From positions 201,769-265,768 of the forward strand of contig CAXXMR010000003.1 of NCBI GenBank assembly GCA_963663805.2: a stretch of DNA of 64,000 nt, written 5' to 3'. Below, piece after piece: positions 30,200 through 39,998 of this stretch. This DNA is from Sedimentisphaerales bacterium. Its GTDB lineage: Bacteria; Planctomycetota; Phycisphaerae; Sedimentisphaerales; SM23-30. The notes below the pieces were generated by a model. That model made no database searches, was not told the DNA's origin, and was given only the letters and a program-made list of their open reading frames with translations. The translations under genes were made by a program, and so were the position numbers. Each line of letters opens with the position of its first letter. Within the stretch, counting starts at the first letter, position 1.

Positions 30200-31690
30200 T
30201 TAATTGACCGGAATAAAAATATAATTACTCACGTCAAGCCAGTTTTCCGCCAATTCCAGGATATCTAAAATATCTATCAGGCCATTCCCGTCACAGTCAC
30301 CGTCAAGCCCGTCACCTTCCATATTCCAGTTCTTAGTCATAACAGCCCAATCAGCCAGATCAACAGAACCATCCATATCAATATCAGCACTATCACGTAA
30401 TGGGCCTGCGGGCAAAACCGCATCCAAAGCGGTTGTAACCGAAAAAGCGTCTATGTACGGCTCGTCACCAGAAACTATAAATTCGACGGCAATATATTCA
30501 GGATTATGAGCCAGACTGAAAACTTTGGTACTTCTGTACCAGTTGTAATCCTCCTGACCATTACCAATTAGCTGATCCACAAAATTGCTTGGCGTTACAT
30601 CTGTTGCACCATCAATATCAACCGTAACTGTTCCTCTGTCATACCAGTCGTATTGGACCATGACTTTCAGGCTTCCTGTTTGGTTGCCTGTGGGAATATT
30701 GGCTGTAAGAGTATGGCTTGCATAAGGATTGCCGCGATAGATTCCGCCGTAAACCCCGTCCACCCAGTTCGGCTGATCACCGGCCACAACACTGTCAACA
30801 TAAGGATGCCAGGTGAGGAATGGATTGGTAATTACCATATCTCCTATCAAGGTTTCTTCTTCCCACATCATGTTTGGATCACCATAAGCATTGTCCACAT
30901 TCCCATCCGGCTCATGAGACGGCAGGAATCTGCCCGAACCTGCTGACATAAGCCAATGCTGATGAGTATAACCTGGATCATTACTCCAGTCCGGAATCCA
31001 GGCATTATCGAAACCACTTTTGCACTCGGTGAAAATCAGTACCGGCGAAGTGGTATGCGGCATGGGGTTAGCACTGTCGTCAGCCCGGCTGGACCAGAAT
31101 CCGGGATGCATGTTGATCTCAGGGTTGTCGGCATTGACATCTTCCCGGCCGGTAACCGCCAGCCCCAGATTCTCCACCCCTTGTTCACCATTGGTCGTCT
31201 CAAACAATATCCACTGGTTCACCAAAGTGGTAATATCCCAATAGCAGACACCATCCTTAAAAACCATTAAGCTGGCATAGGAGTCCAGAATGTGATTTTC
31301 GTTGACATAAAAATCGCGGGGCGTGACCGAATAATTGAGTATATTGGTTACATCCATATCAACGTTGTGAACTGAGACCGTAACCGGGCTGGTGGTGGTC
31401 ATTCCCATCGAACCTTCCGCTCCCGAGGCCATTCGCAACCAAGCCCTTTCTACAGGAGTATCAGGCAGAGATGCGGAATCAAACTTCAGGAAAAGTATGG
31501 TTTCATAGCTCTCCAACCCATTTCCCATATCTATTAACGCATGCGCGTTTGAAGTAAGCAGATAGGTCCGATCAGAAAAAACCATTGTTGACATAGGCGT
31601 ATAAAAATCACTTTGAACGTCAATCAGCGTGCTTGCCAGGCAATTGCCGGCTAACAATATCGCTGTCATAAAAAAATATTTTTTTGTCAT
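30200..31690 (-). CDS. Secreted protein with DNRLRE-like domain and dockerin-like tail (cassette 3)
   Basis: Signal peptide; LFLKFD..AWLR..WDITTLVNQW..NLGL; DIDMDGSVDLADW..NW and DCDGNGLIDILDI..NWL. Confidence 0.75.
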   Translation of the reverse strand: MTKKYFFMTAILLAGNCLASTLIDVQSDFYTPMSTMVFSDRTYLLTSNAHALIDMGNGLESYETILFLKFDSASLPDTPVERAWLRMASGAEGSMGMTTTSPVTVSVHNVDMDVTNILNYSVTPRDFYVNENHILDSYASLMVFKDGVCYWDITTLVNQWILFETTNGEQGVENLGLAVTGREDVNADNPEINMHPGFWSSRADDSANPMPHTTSPVLIFTECKSGFDNAWIPDWSNDPGYTHQHWLMSAGSGRFLPSHEPDGNVDNAYGDPNMMWEEETLIGDMVITNPFLTWHPYVDSVVAGDQPNWVDGVYGGIYRGNPYASHTLTANIPTGNQTGSLKVMVQYDWYDRGTVTVDIDGATDVTPSNFVDQLIGNGQEDYNWYRSTKVFSLAHNPEYIAVEFIVSGDEPYIDAFSVTTALDAVLPAGPLRDSADIDMDGSVDLADWAVMTKNWNMEGDGLDGDCDGNGLIDILDILELAENWLDVSNYIFIPVN

Positions 31691-31715
31691 TTTGCGGGTT
31701 CCCTTTTTAAAAATC

Positions 31716-31751
31716 ACTGCCGGCCTCGATAGATGGCTTGAGGCCGGCAGT
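31716..31751 (-). terminator. 12-bp stem-loop downstream of the PEP-CTERM gene
   Basis: ACTGCCGGCCTC (31716-31727) pairs with GAGGCCGGCAGT (31740-31751). Confidence 0.6.
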
Positions 31752-31777
31752 ACGGAGATATTGGCCCCTGAAGAGCC

Positions 31778-32500
31778 TTATTTCCTTTTCCTGAGACTCA
31801 CCAGGCTGCCCAGACAAAGAAGCAGCATAGTGGCTGGTTCAGGAACGAAGGTATCGGATATATACGGAACTGAAGCCCCGGGAAATTGGCCATTATCAAT
31901 GTCCCAGCTGCCAAAAGCGCCGCCGCCGGAAAAGATAATACCGTTGTTTACGCCGCCCACCCAACTATTATAAACATCGGTGATATCCACACTGCAAAGA
32001 CCGGCGGATGTGATGCTTAGAGTTGCAAAGGGAGTGGCATTGATATGAGCGTCTTTAACCTGCTCCGGGGTGCTGGTCAGGTCACCGATATTTTCCACAT
32101 CAATCGAGGCGGCGTAGAGATCGACAACCAGCGGACTTGCCACACTTGGAGCACTGATCCCCATCATACTGTTAACATAATCAATCTGTTCCAAAACCAG
32201 AAATGCCTGATCGACCGTTTCGGTCGGGCTGTCAAATTTTACCCAGCCATAACCCCAATATCCGGGATTGCCCATAACACCACTCAGAGGCTGGGCCAGG
32301 AAATAATCCTTATTATTGACTTCACCCGCCCGGTTGTCATAAAAGCCCAGTCCCATTTCACCGCCCATACTCGCCCCCATGAAGGTATAGCCGGTAATGG
32401 TACAGTTGTCATTGATTACAGCCGCTTTTACATCAGCACAGAGGGTCAGTCCTACAAAAGCAACTACTAACATAAGTGTTATTTTTTTGATATTTTTCAT
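31778..32500 (-). CDS. Met-rich PEP-CTERM protein, paralog of the N-domain of 30200 (cassette 3)
   Basis: Signal peptide; WVKFD..AFLVL..VDITDVYNSW..NNGI; tail VPEPATMLLLCLGSLVSLRKRK. Confidence 0.85.
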   Translation of the reverse strand: MKNIKKITLMLVVAFVGLTLCADVKAAVINDNCTITGYTFMGASMGGEMGLGFYDNRAGEVNNKDYFLAQPLSGVMGNPGYWGYGWVKFDSPTETVDQAFLVLEQIDYVNSMMGISAPSVASPLVVDLYAASIDVENIGDLTSTPEQVKDAHINATPFATLSITSAGLCSVDITDVYNSWVGGVNNGIIFSGGGAFGSWDIDNGQFPGASVPYISDTFVPEPATMLLLCLGSLVSLRKRK

Positions 32501-32615
32501 TGTTTTACTCCAAATCTAATTTCTAATTTACACGTTAAAAAAATCCTAAGCACAACCTGCAAGTTACAACATTTTCCTAAACCATATCTAAAACCTCCTT
32601 CCTGAAACGACTTGC

Positions 32616-32659
32616 AAAAAAAGGAGCAATAGCAGGCTTTAAACACCTTCTATTGCTCC
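32616..32659 (-). terminator. Intrinsic terminator (minus strand)
   Basis: GGAGCAATAG / CTATTGCTCC stem followed by T7 on the minus strand. Confidence 0.7.
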
Positions 32660-32756
32660 CTGGCTGGCTTATCGATGCTTGCTAGGTTGCAAGTTGTCTG
32701 GATTGTAATTTTTATAATACTATTAGATTGCTAAACAGTTAACTTTTTTCTGTCCT

Positions 32757-33116
32757 TTATTGAGCCGCGGAAAATAATTTTATTGTTTGCGGCGGGCTGT
32801 CATGCTTTTTGATTTCAAGATAGCGGCTGCACTGTATTAATCGATCATAACCCAACATCGTTCCCAGTATGAAATCTTCTTCCGGAGTATAATCGTTCAA
32901 ACAAGGCTTTCCTATCGTTCGGATGACTTCGACACATGCCTCGGCACCGAAAAATACGTTTATGTTTCCATTTTTCAAGTGATATATCTCGTAGTCGATA
33001 TTCATTTTGTCCAGCTTTTCCCGGACGCGACCTTCATAACGCAGCGAAGTGGTATGCAGGATCAGGTTGCGCAATCCCTTGCGGTATTCATAAATGTGAT
33101 GATAGAAAACTTTCAT
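32757..33116 (-). CDS. DUF2023-family protein
   Basis: HHIYEYRKGLRNLIL.T, NVFFG, EEDFILGTMLGYD...QC.RY; coupled to a flavodoxin gene. Confidence 0.8.
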   Translation of the reverse strand: MKVFYHHIYEYRKGLRNLILHTTSLRYEGRVREKLDKMNIDYEIYHLKNGNINVFFGAEACVEVIRTIGKPCLNDYTPEEDFILGTMLGYDRLIQCSRYLEIKKHDSPPQTIKLFSAAQ

Positions 33117-33619
33117 AAGCCCAATTCATCCTGTAATTGTTTTACCCATTTTTTGATTCTGTCGGCAGTCTGGTCCGGCTGATTGTCGTCGTCGAGCGCC
33201 AGTCCCAGGAAATGACTATCTTTCGCCGCAAGGGAGCTGGTAAAATTGTATCCATCGGTGGGCCAGTTTCCCAGCAGCACGGCCCCGGCTTTTTCCACGG
33301 CCAGGGCGATAATACCAACAGCATCAATAAATGTGTCGGCATATCCTTCCTGGTCACCGGTACCGAATACCGCAACTTTTTTTCCGGAAATATCTATTTC
33401 GTCAAAAGATTCTTTGCCGTACCAGTCGTCCTGCAGCTCACCCAAGCCCCAGGTGGAAGAACCCAGGACAAGCATGTCATAGTTCTGAAAATCGGAAACT
33501 TCTGACCCGGAAATATCATTCAAGCTCACCTCCCCCAGAGAGTCCAGTTCTGCCTTGATCTGCTCTGCCGCTGCCGAGGTGTTCCCCGTTGAACTACCGT
33601 AATAAATACCAATTTTCAT
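33113..33619 (-). CDS. fldA: Long-chain flavodoxin
   Basis: YGSSTGNT, GSSTWGLGELQDDW, FGTGDQEGY..TF.DA, FLGLALDDDNQ. Confidence 0.9.
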   Translation of the reverse strand: MKIGIYYGSSTGNTSAAAEQIKAELDSLGEVSLNDISGSEVSDFQNYDMLVLGSSTWGLGELQDDWYGKESFDEIDISGKKVAVFGTGDQEGYADTFIDAVGIIALAVEKAGAVLLGNWPTDGYNFTSSLAAKDSHFLGLALDDDNQPDQTADRIKKWVKQLQDELGL

Positions 33620-33684
33620 TTGTATCTCCTATTTTTAGATCAATACTATACATAGTAAAAATTTACCTAAACTTATAATCCGCG

Positions 33685-33882
33685 TTATTTATTCATAATA
33701 AGTTTGCCATGGCGAGTGATCCTGATCCGATACGTTTCACCGGCATGACAAATATGAATTTCGTTATGGTTGCCAAAAAGCTGAGGAGTGTTATACACTT
33801 TAGGCTTGGCGTGACCAACATCCGCACTGGAGACGGATTCTTTTCTTGAGCTGTAATCAGCGTGTAAATTTTGTTCCTGCAT
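33685..33882 (-). CDS. hemP: Hemin uptake protein HemP-like
   Basis: LFG..EIHICHAGETYRIRITRHGKLIMNK matches the HemP signature. Confidence 0.8.
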   Translation of the reverse strand: MQEQNLHADYSSRKESVSSADVGHAKPKVYNTPQLFGNHNEIHICHAGETYRIRITRHGKLIMNK

Positions 33883-33885
33883 GAT

Positions 33886-34134
33886 TTAATTCTCACCTAA
33901 AAACCGCTTTAATCTGTTGGGAATATTGCTGGCCTGTTCTTTCTGGCCAGAACCATATAAAGTTTCAGAATCTTCCTCAACATAGCTAAACAGATAATCA
34001 AAGTCGCCCGGCAGCGTCAGAAAAACTTCTTCAAATACCGTTCCATGCTGACATTTTCGCCGGGCTTCAACCAGCAGAAAGTCGCCTTTTCTTTTTACTT
34101 TGACATGGTTTACAAAAAAGGCTGCTTTAGCCAT
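33886..34134 (-). CDS. Hypothetical protein
   Basis: SD AGGAG before ATG 34134; fills the operon gap. Confidence 0.5.
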   Translation of the reverse strand: MAKAAFFVNHVKVKRKGDFLLVEARRKCQHGTVFEEVFLTLPGDFDYLFSYVEEDSETLYGSGQKEQASNIPNRLKRFLGEN

Positions 34135-34135
34135 G

Positions 34136-34834
34136 TTACTTCTCCTGATTCTGGGGTTTCGCTGTTTCGGCATCAATAATTTCAAAACAATCCCGCGGAG
34201 CGACCGACAAGATGTTTATCAATGCCTGCTTCTTTAATTTTGCCGCCTGGTGATGGCCGCAGGTGGCACCTTGGTTTTTAAGTTTAAAAAACTCCTCGGA
34301 TATCAGTTCCGGACGCAGGCGAAAATGACATGTTTTATTTTCCGATATTCGCGTCGCCGTAAAAGTGAAGTTTTCGCGGCTCAGGGGGCCGGGCTCGTCT
34401 GTAAATTCAAGCTCCTTACCGGCATAAAAACTTAGCATATCCCAAACGCCGTCAGAGGCACTGCCAGCGGCAATGCTGAAATCGCTGATTTCGGGAGTAT
34501 TCTGACCGAACAGCTTATCTACGGCAAAGCGAATGGCCTGATAGCCAATTGTGACACCCAGACATAGGGGGTAATCCCGGGCAGAATGATTCTCTTTGTC
34601 GGCGCTTACCTGAAAATCGGTATGGCCATGCTCGCGTTCTTCATGCCAAAGATTCGCCTCATCCAGGGTGATAGTTTTGTTGTTACCTTCGGCATCAAAT
34701 ATCACCAAGACAGGCATCTGCTGACGTAACAAGACCATCGCCGCTCTGTCATCGTCTGTTTTTTTGCATCCTGATATGATTATGACCGATACTAGTAAAA
34801 GAATGATGATCGTTTTTAGACAAATTGATTTCAT
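34136..34834 (-). CDS. Lipoprotein with FmdE-like His/Cys metal-binding motif
   Basis: Lipobox ISGC; WHEEREHGH; LCLGVTIGYQAIRFA. Confidence 0.6.
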   Translation of the reverse strand: MKSICLKTIIILLLVSVIIISGCKKTDDDRAAMVLLRQQMPVLVIFDAEGNNKTITLDEANLWHEEREHGHTDFQVSADKENHSARDYPLCLGVTIGYQAIRFAVDKLFGQNTPEISDFSIAAGSASDGVWDMLSFYAGKELEFTDEPGPLSRENFTFTATRISENKTCHFRLRPELISEEFFKLKNQGATCGHHQAAKLKKQALINILSVAPRDCFEIIDAETAKPQNQEK

Positions 34835-34860
34835 TTTTATAATTCCCATCTGTTTGTTTC

Positions 34861-35814
34861 TTACCATGTCGGATTGCAATTTATATCTGTCGGATTATTG
34901 CAGCTTAAAAAATGTTGGGCCAGATCAGCCAAATCGAGTATATCCACTTTACAGTCATGATTAGTGTCGGCTTGCAGTCCCATCCCGGCCTGCCATACAC
35001 CATGACAGGTCGAAGGTATGGTCGCGGGATCGTCAAACCAACTCTCGTCAAAGGCCGCGTCCTCAGGGGCATTGCAGGCCTGCCATTGGTCCGCCATAAT
35101 CGCGAAGTCCGCAAGGTTGACATAAGCGTCCTTATTGACATCTTCCGCCAAGGCCCAGCCTAACAAAGCGACATCATTACGATCTGTCGGCATATCGGTA
35201 TAGGCACTCCGAAACGAATCGAAAAATATGCCGGAATTTGAAACGGTGACTTCACGAAAAACACGAATAAAATGAACGTCTTCGCTAAACTTCCCATCAA
35301 AATCAAAAGTCGCATCATAGAAATATCCACCCGTGCCGGGCACCTGATTCAGTTCCCCTTCGATGACGCCAATTTGGGTAAAAACCGCACCGTCGGTACT
35401 GGCCCACACAGAAGCCTGGGCCAGGGGGCCGCAGTACATGCGAACGACAACGTCGTTAGCGTCAATGTCCCGAAGACCGTGATCGAATTCAACGATAATT
35501 TCCTGTTCGGCATGAAGCGGCGACCCGGTGCGCCAGCCGGCGACATAATCCTTGTCGCCCTGATCCCAGTCCCAGGCGTACATATTGCCGTTCTGATCGG
35601 AATCGGAAGGCCCCAGCACCAGCCAGGTCGTGGCGGGAGTCTCAGAAACCATCGGCAGCGAACCGGATCCGCTACAGCCTCCGTTCACAAAGCTGGCAAT
35701 TTTACTGGTATGGCTGATAACCCGATCGGCCCAGTTTACACCATTAACATATTCCCCCTGACTTACCTGATTCCAGGCAAATATAATCAATAACAGACAT
35801 ATCATCTTTTTCAT
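34861..35814 (-). CDS. Secreted protein with dockerin-like tail, paralog of 36653 (cassette 4)
   Basis: Signal peptide; shared NWAD..GNM.AWD..DYVAGWR..RMYCG..FFDSF; DVNKDAYVNLADF..QW and DTNHDCKVDILDL. Confidence 0.85.
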   Translation of the reverse strand: MKKMICLLLIIFAWNQVSQGEYVNGVNWADRVISHTSKIASFVNGGCSGSGSLPMVSETPATTWLVLGPSDSDQNGNMYAWDWDQGDKDYVAGWRTGSPLHAEQEIIVEFDHGLRDIDANDVVVRMYCGPLAQASVWASTDGAVFTQIGVIEGELNQVPGTGGYFYDATFDFDGKFSEDVHFIRVFREVTVSNSGIFFDSFRSAYTDMPTDRNDVALLGWALAEDVNKDAYVNLADFAIMADQWQACNAPEDAAFDESWFDDPATIPSTCHGVWQAGMGLQADTNHDCKVDILDLADLAQHFLSCNNPTDINCNPTW

Positions 35815-35836
35815 ATTTATAAATTCCTTTCACGGC

Positions 35837-36580
35837 CTATTTTTGTTTGGCATACCAAAAGCCGCCAAATCTTTCTTCATCGAATCGAGAACAAAATGGT
35901 ATTTCGTCTTCCGTGAATGATTCGATATGCTGGTCAAGAAAGATCATATTTACTCTTTCGTGATGACGAAAAGCAAAATTAGACTTGGGGCAACCGTCAA
36001 ACAGCACAATTCCGGGCACTTGTATCGAGCCGCTGGCGTCACAAAACATCAACGAATCCGCCGGTTTTCGATATTCACTTTCGTGCCGATATTCCGTGGG
36101 CATATTACATTTTCCCGAAACTCCCCAGGTTCCGTTTGCCGCATAACTCAACGCAAACGTCCTTTCCTGAGCAGGATAATCCGGCGGGCTGTCACGAGAC
36201 ATTTCGGGATAACGATGACTGGGGCAGGTTAAAACCGTATCTTTGTTTTTAGTGTCGGGAGCAAGTAACTCGCCGTCTTCATCTTTTAAAATATCAACGG
36301 CCAGATAATTCATCAATTCCGGATTCATAAACCAGTGCTGACTGACATGGCCGTATTTGCCCGGATATGGCTCAGCCGCGGGCATTTTACCTTTGTGGTC
36401 ATCCAGGTACATTCTCAGGGCCAGACCCAGATTTTTAAAATTTGATTTGCAGGCAACACATCGAGCCTCTTGCCTTGCCGCGCTCAGGCTGGGCATCAGT
36501 ATTGATACCAGCAGTGCTATAATAGCTATAACAACCAGTAGTTCTACCAGAGTAAACGCTTTGAAGTAATTTTTTTTCAT
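35837..36580 (-). CDS. Prepilin-type/DUF1559-like protein (cassette 4)
   Basis: [49 protein letters not shown]. Confidence 0.9.
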   Translation of the reverse strand: MKKNYFKAFTLVELLVVIAIIALLVSILMPSLSAARQEARCVACKSNFKNLGLALRMYLDDHKGKMPAAEPYPGKYGHVSQHWFMNPELMNYLAVDILKDEDGELLAPDTKNKDTVLTCPSHRYPEMSRDSPPDYPAQERTFALSYAANGTWGVSGKCNMPTEYRHESEYRKPADSLMFCDASGSIQVPGIVLFDGCPKSNFAFRHHERVNMIFLDQHIESFTEDEIPFCSRFDEERFGGFWYAKQK

Positions 36581-36597
36581 GCTTTACGCCTTGTGCC

Positions 36598-36631
36598 CAG
36601 GATACGGGTCTAAATGTAAACCCGTATCCTG
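36598..36631 (-). terminator. 12-bp stem-loop downstream of the PEP-CTERM gene
   Basis: CAGGATACGGGT pairs with ACCCGTATCCTG; no clear U-tract. Confidence 0.55.
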
Positions 36632-36652
36632 AACAGTTTCGATATCATCCTG

Positions 36653-37303
36653 CTATTTTTTCTTTCTCAGACAAATGCCGCCCAGCCCCAGAAGAATCAT
36701 AGTCATCGGCTCGGGAACCGAAGCGAACGAGTCAAAGAACATGCCGGTACCGCTGCCGGTTGTTTCCCGGTGGACTTTGACATAGCTAACGTCGCTTGAT
36801 GTTAAGCCATCAAAATCAAACGCGGCATCATAGAGGAAACCGGGTTTGCCGGGAACCTGCATCGACTGCCCAATTATGGTGCCAACCTGGACCCAGTCGT
36901 TATTGTTAGTTTCGCTTACATAAACAGTCGCACTGGCTTTGGAGCCGCAGTACATTCTTATTACCAGATCATCACCGGCGATATCCTGCAGAGGTTCGTT
37001 GAAACCTACTACTAGTTCCTGATCGACATTACCACCGCGCCAACCCGCAACATAATCCAGGTCACCTCCAACAAAATCCCAGGCGTGCATATTTCCGGTC
37101 TGATCGGCATCCGAAGATCCCAGGGGCCAAAATTCAGTGGCAGGAGTCATTAGTGTTCCGCCATAACTCTGAATCGCGCTGGTGTAGCTGACTACACTAT
37201 CGGCCCAGTTCTGGCCGCCAACCAAAGCAGCCTGACTGACAGTTGCCAATGCACAGACCATTATCATTCCCAATACCTTATTCAAACTTTTTACTGATTT
37301 CAT
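36653..37303 (-). CDS. PEP-CTERM protein (cassette 4)
   Basis: Signal peptide; tail VPEPMTMILLGLGGICLRKKK. Confidence 0.88.
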   Translation of the reverse strand: MKSVKSLNKVLGMIMVCALATVSQAALVGGQNWADSVVSYTSAIQSYGGTLMTPATEFWPLGSSDADQTGNMHAWDFVGGDLDYVAGWRGGNVDQELVVGFNEPLQDIAGDDLVIRMYCGSKASATVYVSETNNNDWVQVGTIIGQSMQVPGKPGFLYDAAFDFDGLTSSDVSYVKVHRETTGSGTGMFFDSFASVPEPMTMILLGLGGICLRKKK

Positions 37304-37432
37304 TTTGATTGCTCCATTTCATTTTTTAATATGTTTATTTTCAAGGTTCAAACTCCAATGATGCGTTATCAACTAGCTGGTATCCATTTTCCATAGCCTC
37401 CTTTCCGGCTCAGGTTGGCAACCCGTAAAAAG

Positions 37433-37446
37433 TAAGACGCGCCTAA
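37433..37446. promoter_or_regulatory. Candidate DtxR-type operator upstream of cassette 4
   Basis: TAAGACGCGCCTAA fits TWAGRCNNGYCTWA, shared with 39968-39981 and 40798-40811. Confidence 0.5.
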
Positions 37447-37464
37447 CTAAGCGGGTAAAAAAAA

Positions 37465-37872
37465 TTACTTGCCAGATTGCACACTTCCGGCCCGCAGCTC
37501 TTCAGACCTGGGCTTTGCTTTATAAACCTGGCTGCCTAATATAAAAACACTTCCTATACTCAATGCCATGACCAGAATCACGATAAGGGCCGCTGCCAGA
37601 GATTTCCCTTTATAGCGTATTATTCGGTTAATTTTTGCCTGAAACCACTGCCAGTGCAGAGCCAGATGCAGGCCGCAAAAAACCAGCATAACAACTGACA
37701 GGGCAAAATGCATATGCCCGTAATCATGCCGACTCAAACCCCAAAGCGTCCAACCGGAACAGCCCCTATAGCCCGGCGGCAATAAGAACCGCATAATCAG
37801 GCCGGTCCATACGATCGCGGCCAAAAGCAGCAGCAAAATAAAATCTATGATAAAATTTATCTGGGAACGCAC
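37465..37872 (-). CDS. DUF4405-family membrane protein
   Basis: NFIID..TGL....LP, WGLSRHDYGHMH, HLALHWQW. Confidence 0.75.
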   Translation of the reverse strand: MRSQINFIIDFILLLLLAAIVWTGLIMRFLLPPGYRGCSGWTLWGLSRHDYGHMHFALSVVMLVFCGLHLALHWQWFQAKINRIIRYKGKSLAAALIVILVMALSIGSVFILGSQVYKAKPRSEELRAGSVQSGK

Positions 37873-37878
37873 TTGCTA

Positions 37879-39963
37879 CTATCCAATAATTATACTGCCG
37901 ATCTGATATACAATTACAGTTAACACATAAGCTACCGCGGTTAGTCCGCCAAATTGAAACAAGGCCCATTTCCACGAATTTGTTTCCCGGCGACATATCG
38001 CCAGAGTAGCAACACAGGGGGCGCTGATAAGGCAGAACAACATGATGCAAAACCCCTGCAGCGGCGAATAATTTTCGCTTAATTTATCTCGTAGCGGCTG
38101 AGATTCTTCATCCGCTTCACCGATGGAATAGACGATGCCCATTTGGGCCACAAATACTTCCTTGGCCGCCAGACCACCAATCAGGGCCGTGCCAATACGG
38201 TAATCAAAACCCATGGGGCTTATTACCGACTCCATGGCCTTGCCTATCCGGCCGGCAATTGAACTTTGCAGTTCGACCTGTTGTATCTGTTCATCTGACA
38301 TACCGGCCAAGTGGCTTTGGTCAGCTTTAGGATAGCTGGTCATGGCCCACAGAATTATCGATATCGCCAGAATAACCGTGCCGGCCTTCTTCAAATAGAG
38401 CCAGCTTCTTTCCCACATGTGGATCAGCAAACCCCGCAGGGTCGGCATGCGGTAAGGCGGCAGTTCCATCAGGAACAGGCCGCTGTCACCTTTTAATATT
38501 GACTTACGCAGCACTAAAGCGAGTACTATGGCCAGTACAATTCCGATCATATATATGAACCACATCATCAGGCCGTGCCATTGCGGAGCGAAAAAAGCGG
38601 GAATGATCAGAGCGTAGATCGGCAAACGCGCCCCGCAACTCATCAGCGGCAATACCATAATCGTAACAAGTCTGCTTTTGCGGTCGTCAAGTATTCGGGT
38701 GCCCATTATGGCGGGAATCGAACAGCCAAATCCAATCATCATCGGAATGAAACTGCGACCATGCAGACCTATTTTTTTCATAACCCGGTCCATCAGAAAA
38801 GCCGCCCGGGCCATGTAACCGGAATCCTCCAGCAGTGCAATCGCGAAAAACAGCAGGATTATATTGGGCAGAAATATCACTACCCCTCCTACCCCGCCGA
38901 TAATCCCGTCAACAATAAGAGATTTGAGCGGGCTCTCAGAGCCTGCCGGCCATAACCCGGTGACAAATTCTCCCAGCCAGTCAAATCCACTCTCAATCCA
39001 CCCCATGAATGGATCGCCAACCCAGAAGGTCAGCTTGAAAACCAGATACATCAAGGCCAGAAAAATGGGCATTCCCAGAATGCGGTTAAGCAATAACTTG
39101 TCCACAAAATCGCTGATTTGATGCCGCTGAGCAGCAGTGTGGGTCACCGCCTCTTCATATACACCTGATACGAAACCATAGCGTTTTTCCGCGATCAAAA
39201 CCTCAGAACTGTCGGCGTAGAGCTTTTCCAGATGCGCAACACTTCTGGCGACCTGGTTGATAACTTCGGGATCATGCCCCAGATCCAAAATCTGCTTATC
39301 TTGCTCCAGCAGTTTCAAGCTCAACCACCGCGTTCCGTATTTTTGAGCCAACTGGTGTTCATTGCCCGCCAGGAGTTCGATTTGGGCCAGTTCTTTTTCA
39401 ATGTCAGGCCCGTAATTTACCTGCTTGATTTCCGGGTCGCTGCCAACTGATTGAACCTTTTGGATAATGGCATCGAGCAGATCATTGATGCCTTTGTCTT
39501 TAGACGCAACCGTCCGCAGAACCCCCGCATTATAAAACCGGCCGATCTTCTCAGTATCAAAAACGACACCCTGCTTCTCGGCCATATCCGCCATATTCAA
39601 CACTAGAATCAGCGGAACATTGAGTTCATGTATTTGCGTTGCCAGATATAGATTTCGCTCAAAATTAGAGGCGTCAATAACGTCAATTACCACATCAGGC
39701 TGCTCATCGATGATAAAATCGCGTGCCACGATCTCTTCAATGGAATGGGCTGTAAGACTGTAAGTTCCGGGCAGGTCGACAAACAAAATTTCGTGCCCTT
39801 TATAGTTGCGTACACCTTCCTTTTTTTCAACGGTAACTCCGGGATAATTCCCCACATGCTGCCGGGCACCGGTCAGAGCGTTGAAAATGGTGGTTTTGCC
39901 GCTGTTGGGATTGCCTGCCAGGGCCACGGTTATTAATTTATCAGCCAATTCGGTTATCCTCAA
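37879..39963 (-). CDS. feoB: Ferrous iron transporter B
   Basis: GNPNSGKTT, VGNYPGVTVE, DLPGTYSL, LEDSGYMARAA, GFGCSIP, MSCGARLP, ELPPYRMP. Confidence 0.97.
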   Translation of the reverse strand: MRITELADKLITVALAGNPNSGKTTIFNALTGARQHVGNYPGVTVEKKEGVRNYKGHEILFVDLPGTYSLTAHSIEEIVARDFIIDEQPDVVIDVIDASNFERNLYLATQIHELNVPLILVLNMADMAEKQGVVFDTEKIGRFYNAGVLRTVASKDKGINDLLDAIIQKVQSVGSDPEIKQVNYGPDIEKELAQIELLAGNEHQLAQKYGTRWLSLKLLEQDKQILDLGHDPEVINQVARSVAHLEKLYADSSEVLIAEKRYGFVSGVYEEAVTHTAAQRHQISDFVDKLLLNRILGMPIFLALMYLVFKLTFWVGDPFMGWIESGFDWLGEFVTGLWPAGSESPLKSLIVDGIIGGVGGVVIFLPNIILLFFAIALLEDSGYMARAAFLMDRVMKKIGLHGRSFIPMMIGFGCSIPAIMGTRILDDRKSRLVTIMVLPLMSCGARLPIYALIIPAFFAPQWHGLMMWFIYMIGIVLAIVLALVLRKSILKGDSGLFLMELPPYRMPTLRGLLIHMWERSWLYLKKAGTVILAISIILWAMTSYPKADQSHLAGMSDEQIQQVELQSSIAGRIGKAMESVISPMGFDYRIGTALIGGLAAKEVFVAQMGIVYSIGEADEESQPLRDKLSENYSPLQGFCIMLFCLISAPCVATLAICRRETNSWKWALFQFGGLTAVAYVLTVIVYQIGSIIIG

Positions 39964-39965
39964 AA

Positions 39966-39983
39966 ATTTAGGCTAGCCTTATT
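39966..39983. promoter_or_regulatory. Candidate DtxR-type operator at the feoB start
   Basis: ATTTAGGC-TA-GCCTTATT. Confidence 0.7.
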
Positions 39984-39998
39984 TTGCATTCAAAAAAA

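Noticed and set aside
32723..32734. TTAGATTGCTAA as a fourth DtxR box
   Set aside because: Arm spacing is 2 bp shorter than in the other three sites.
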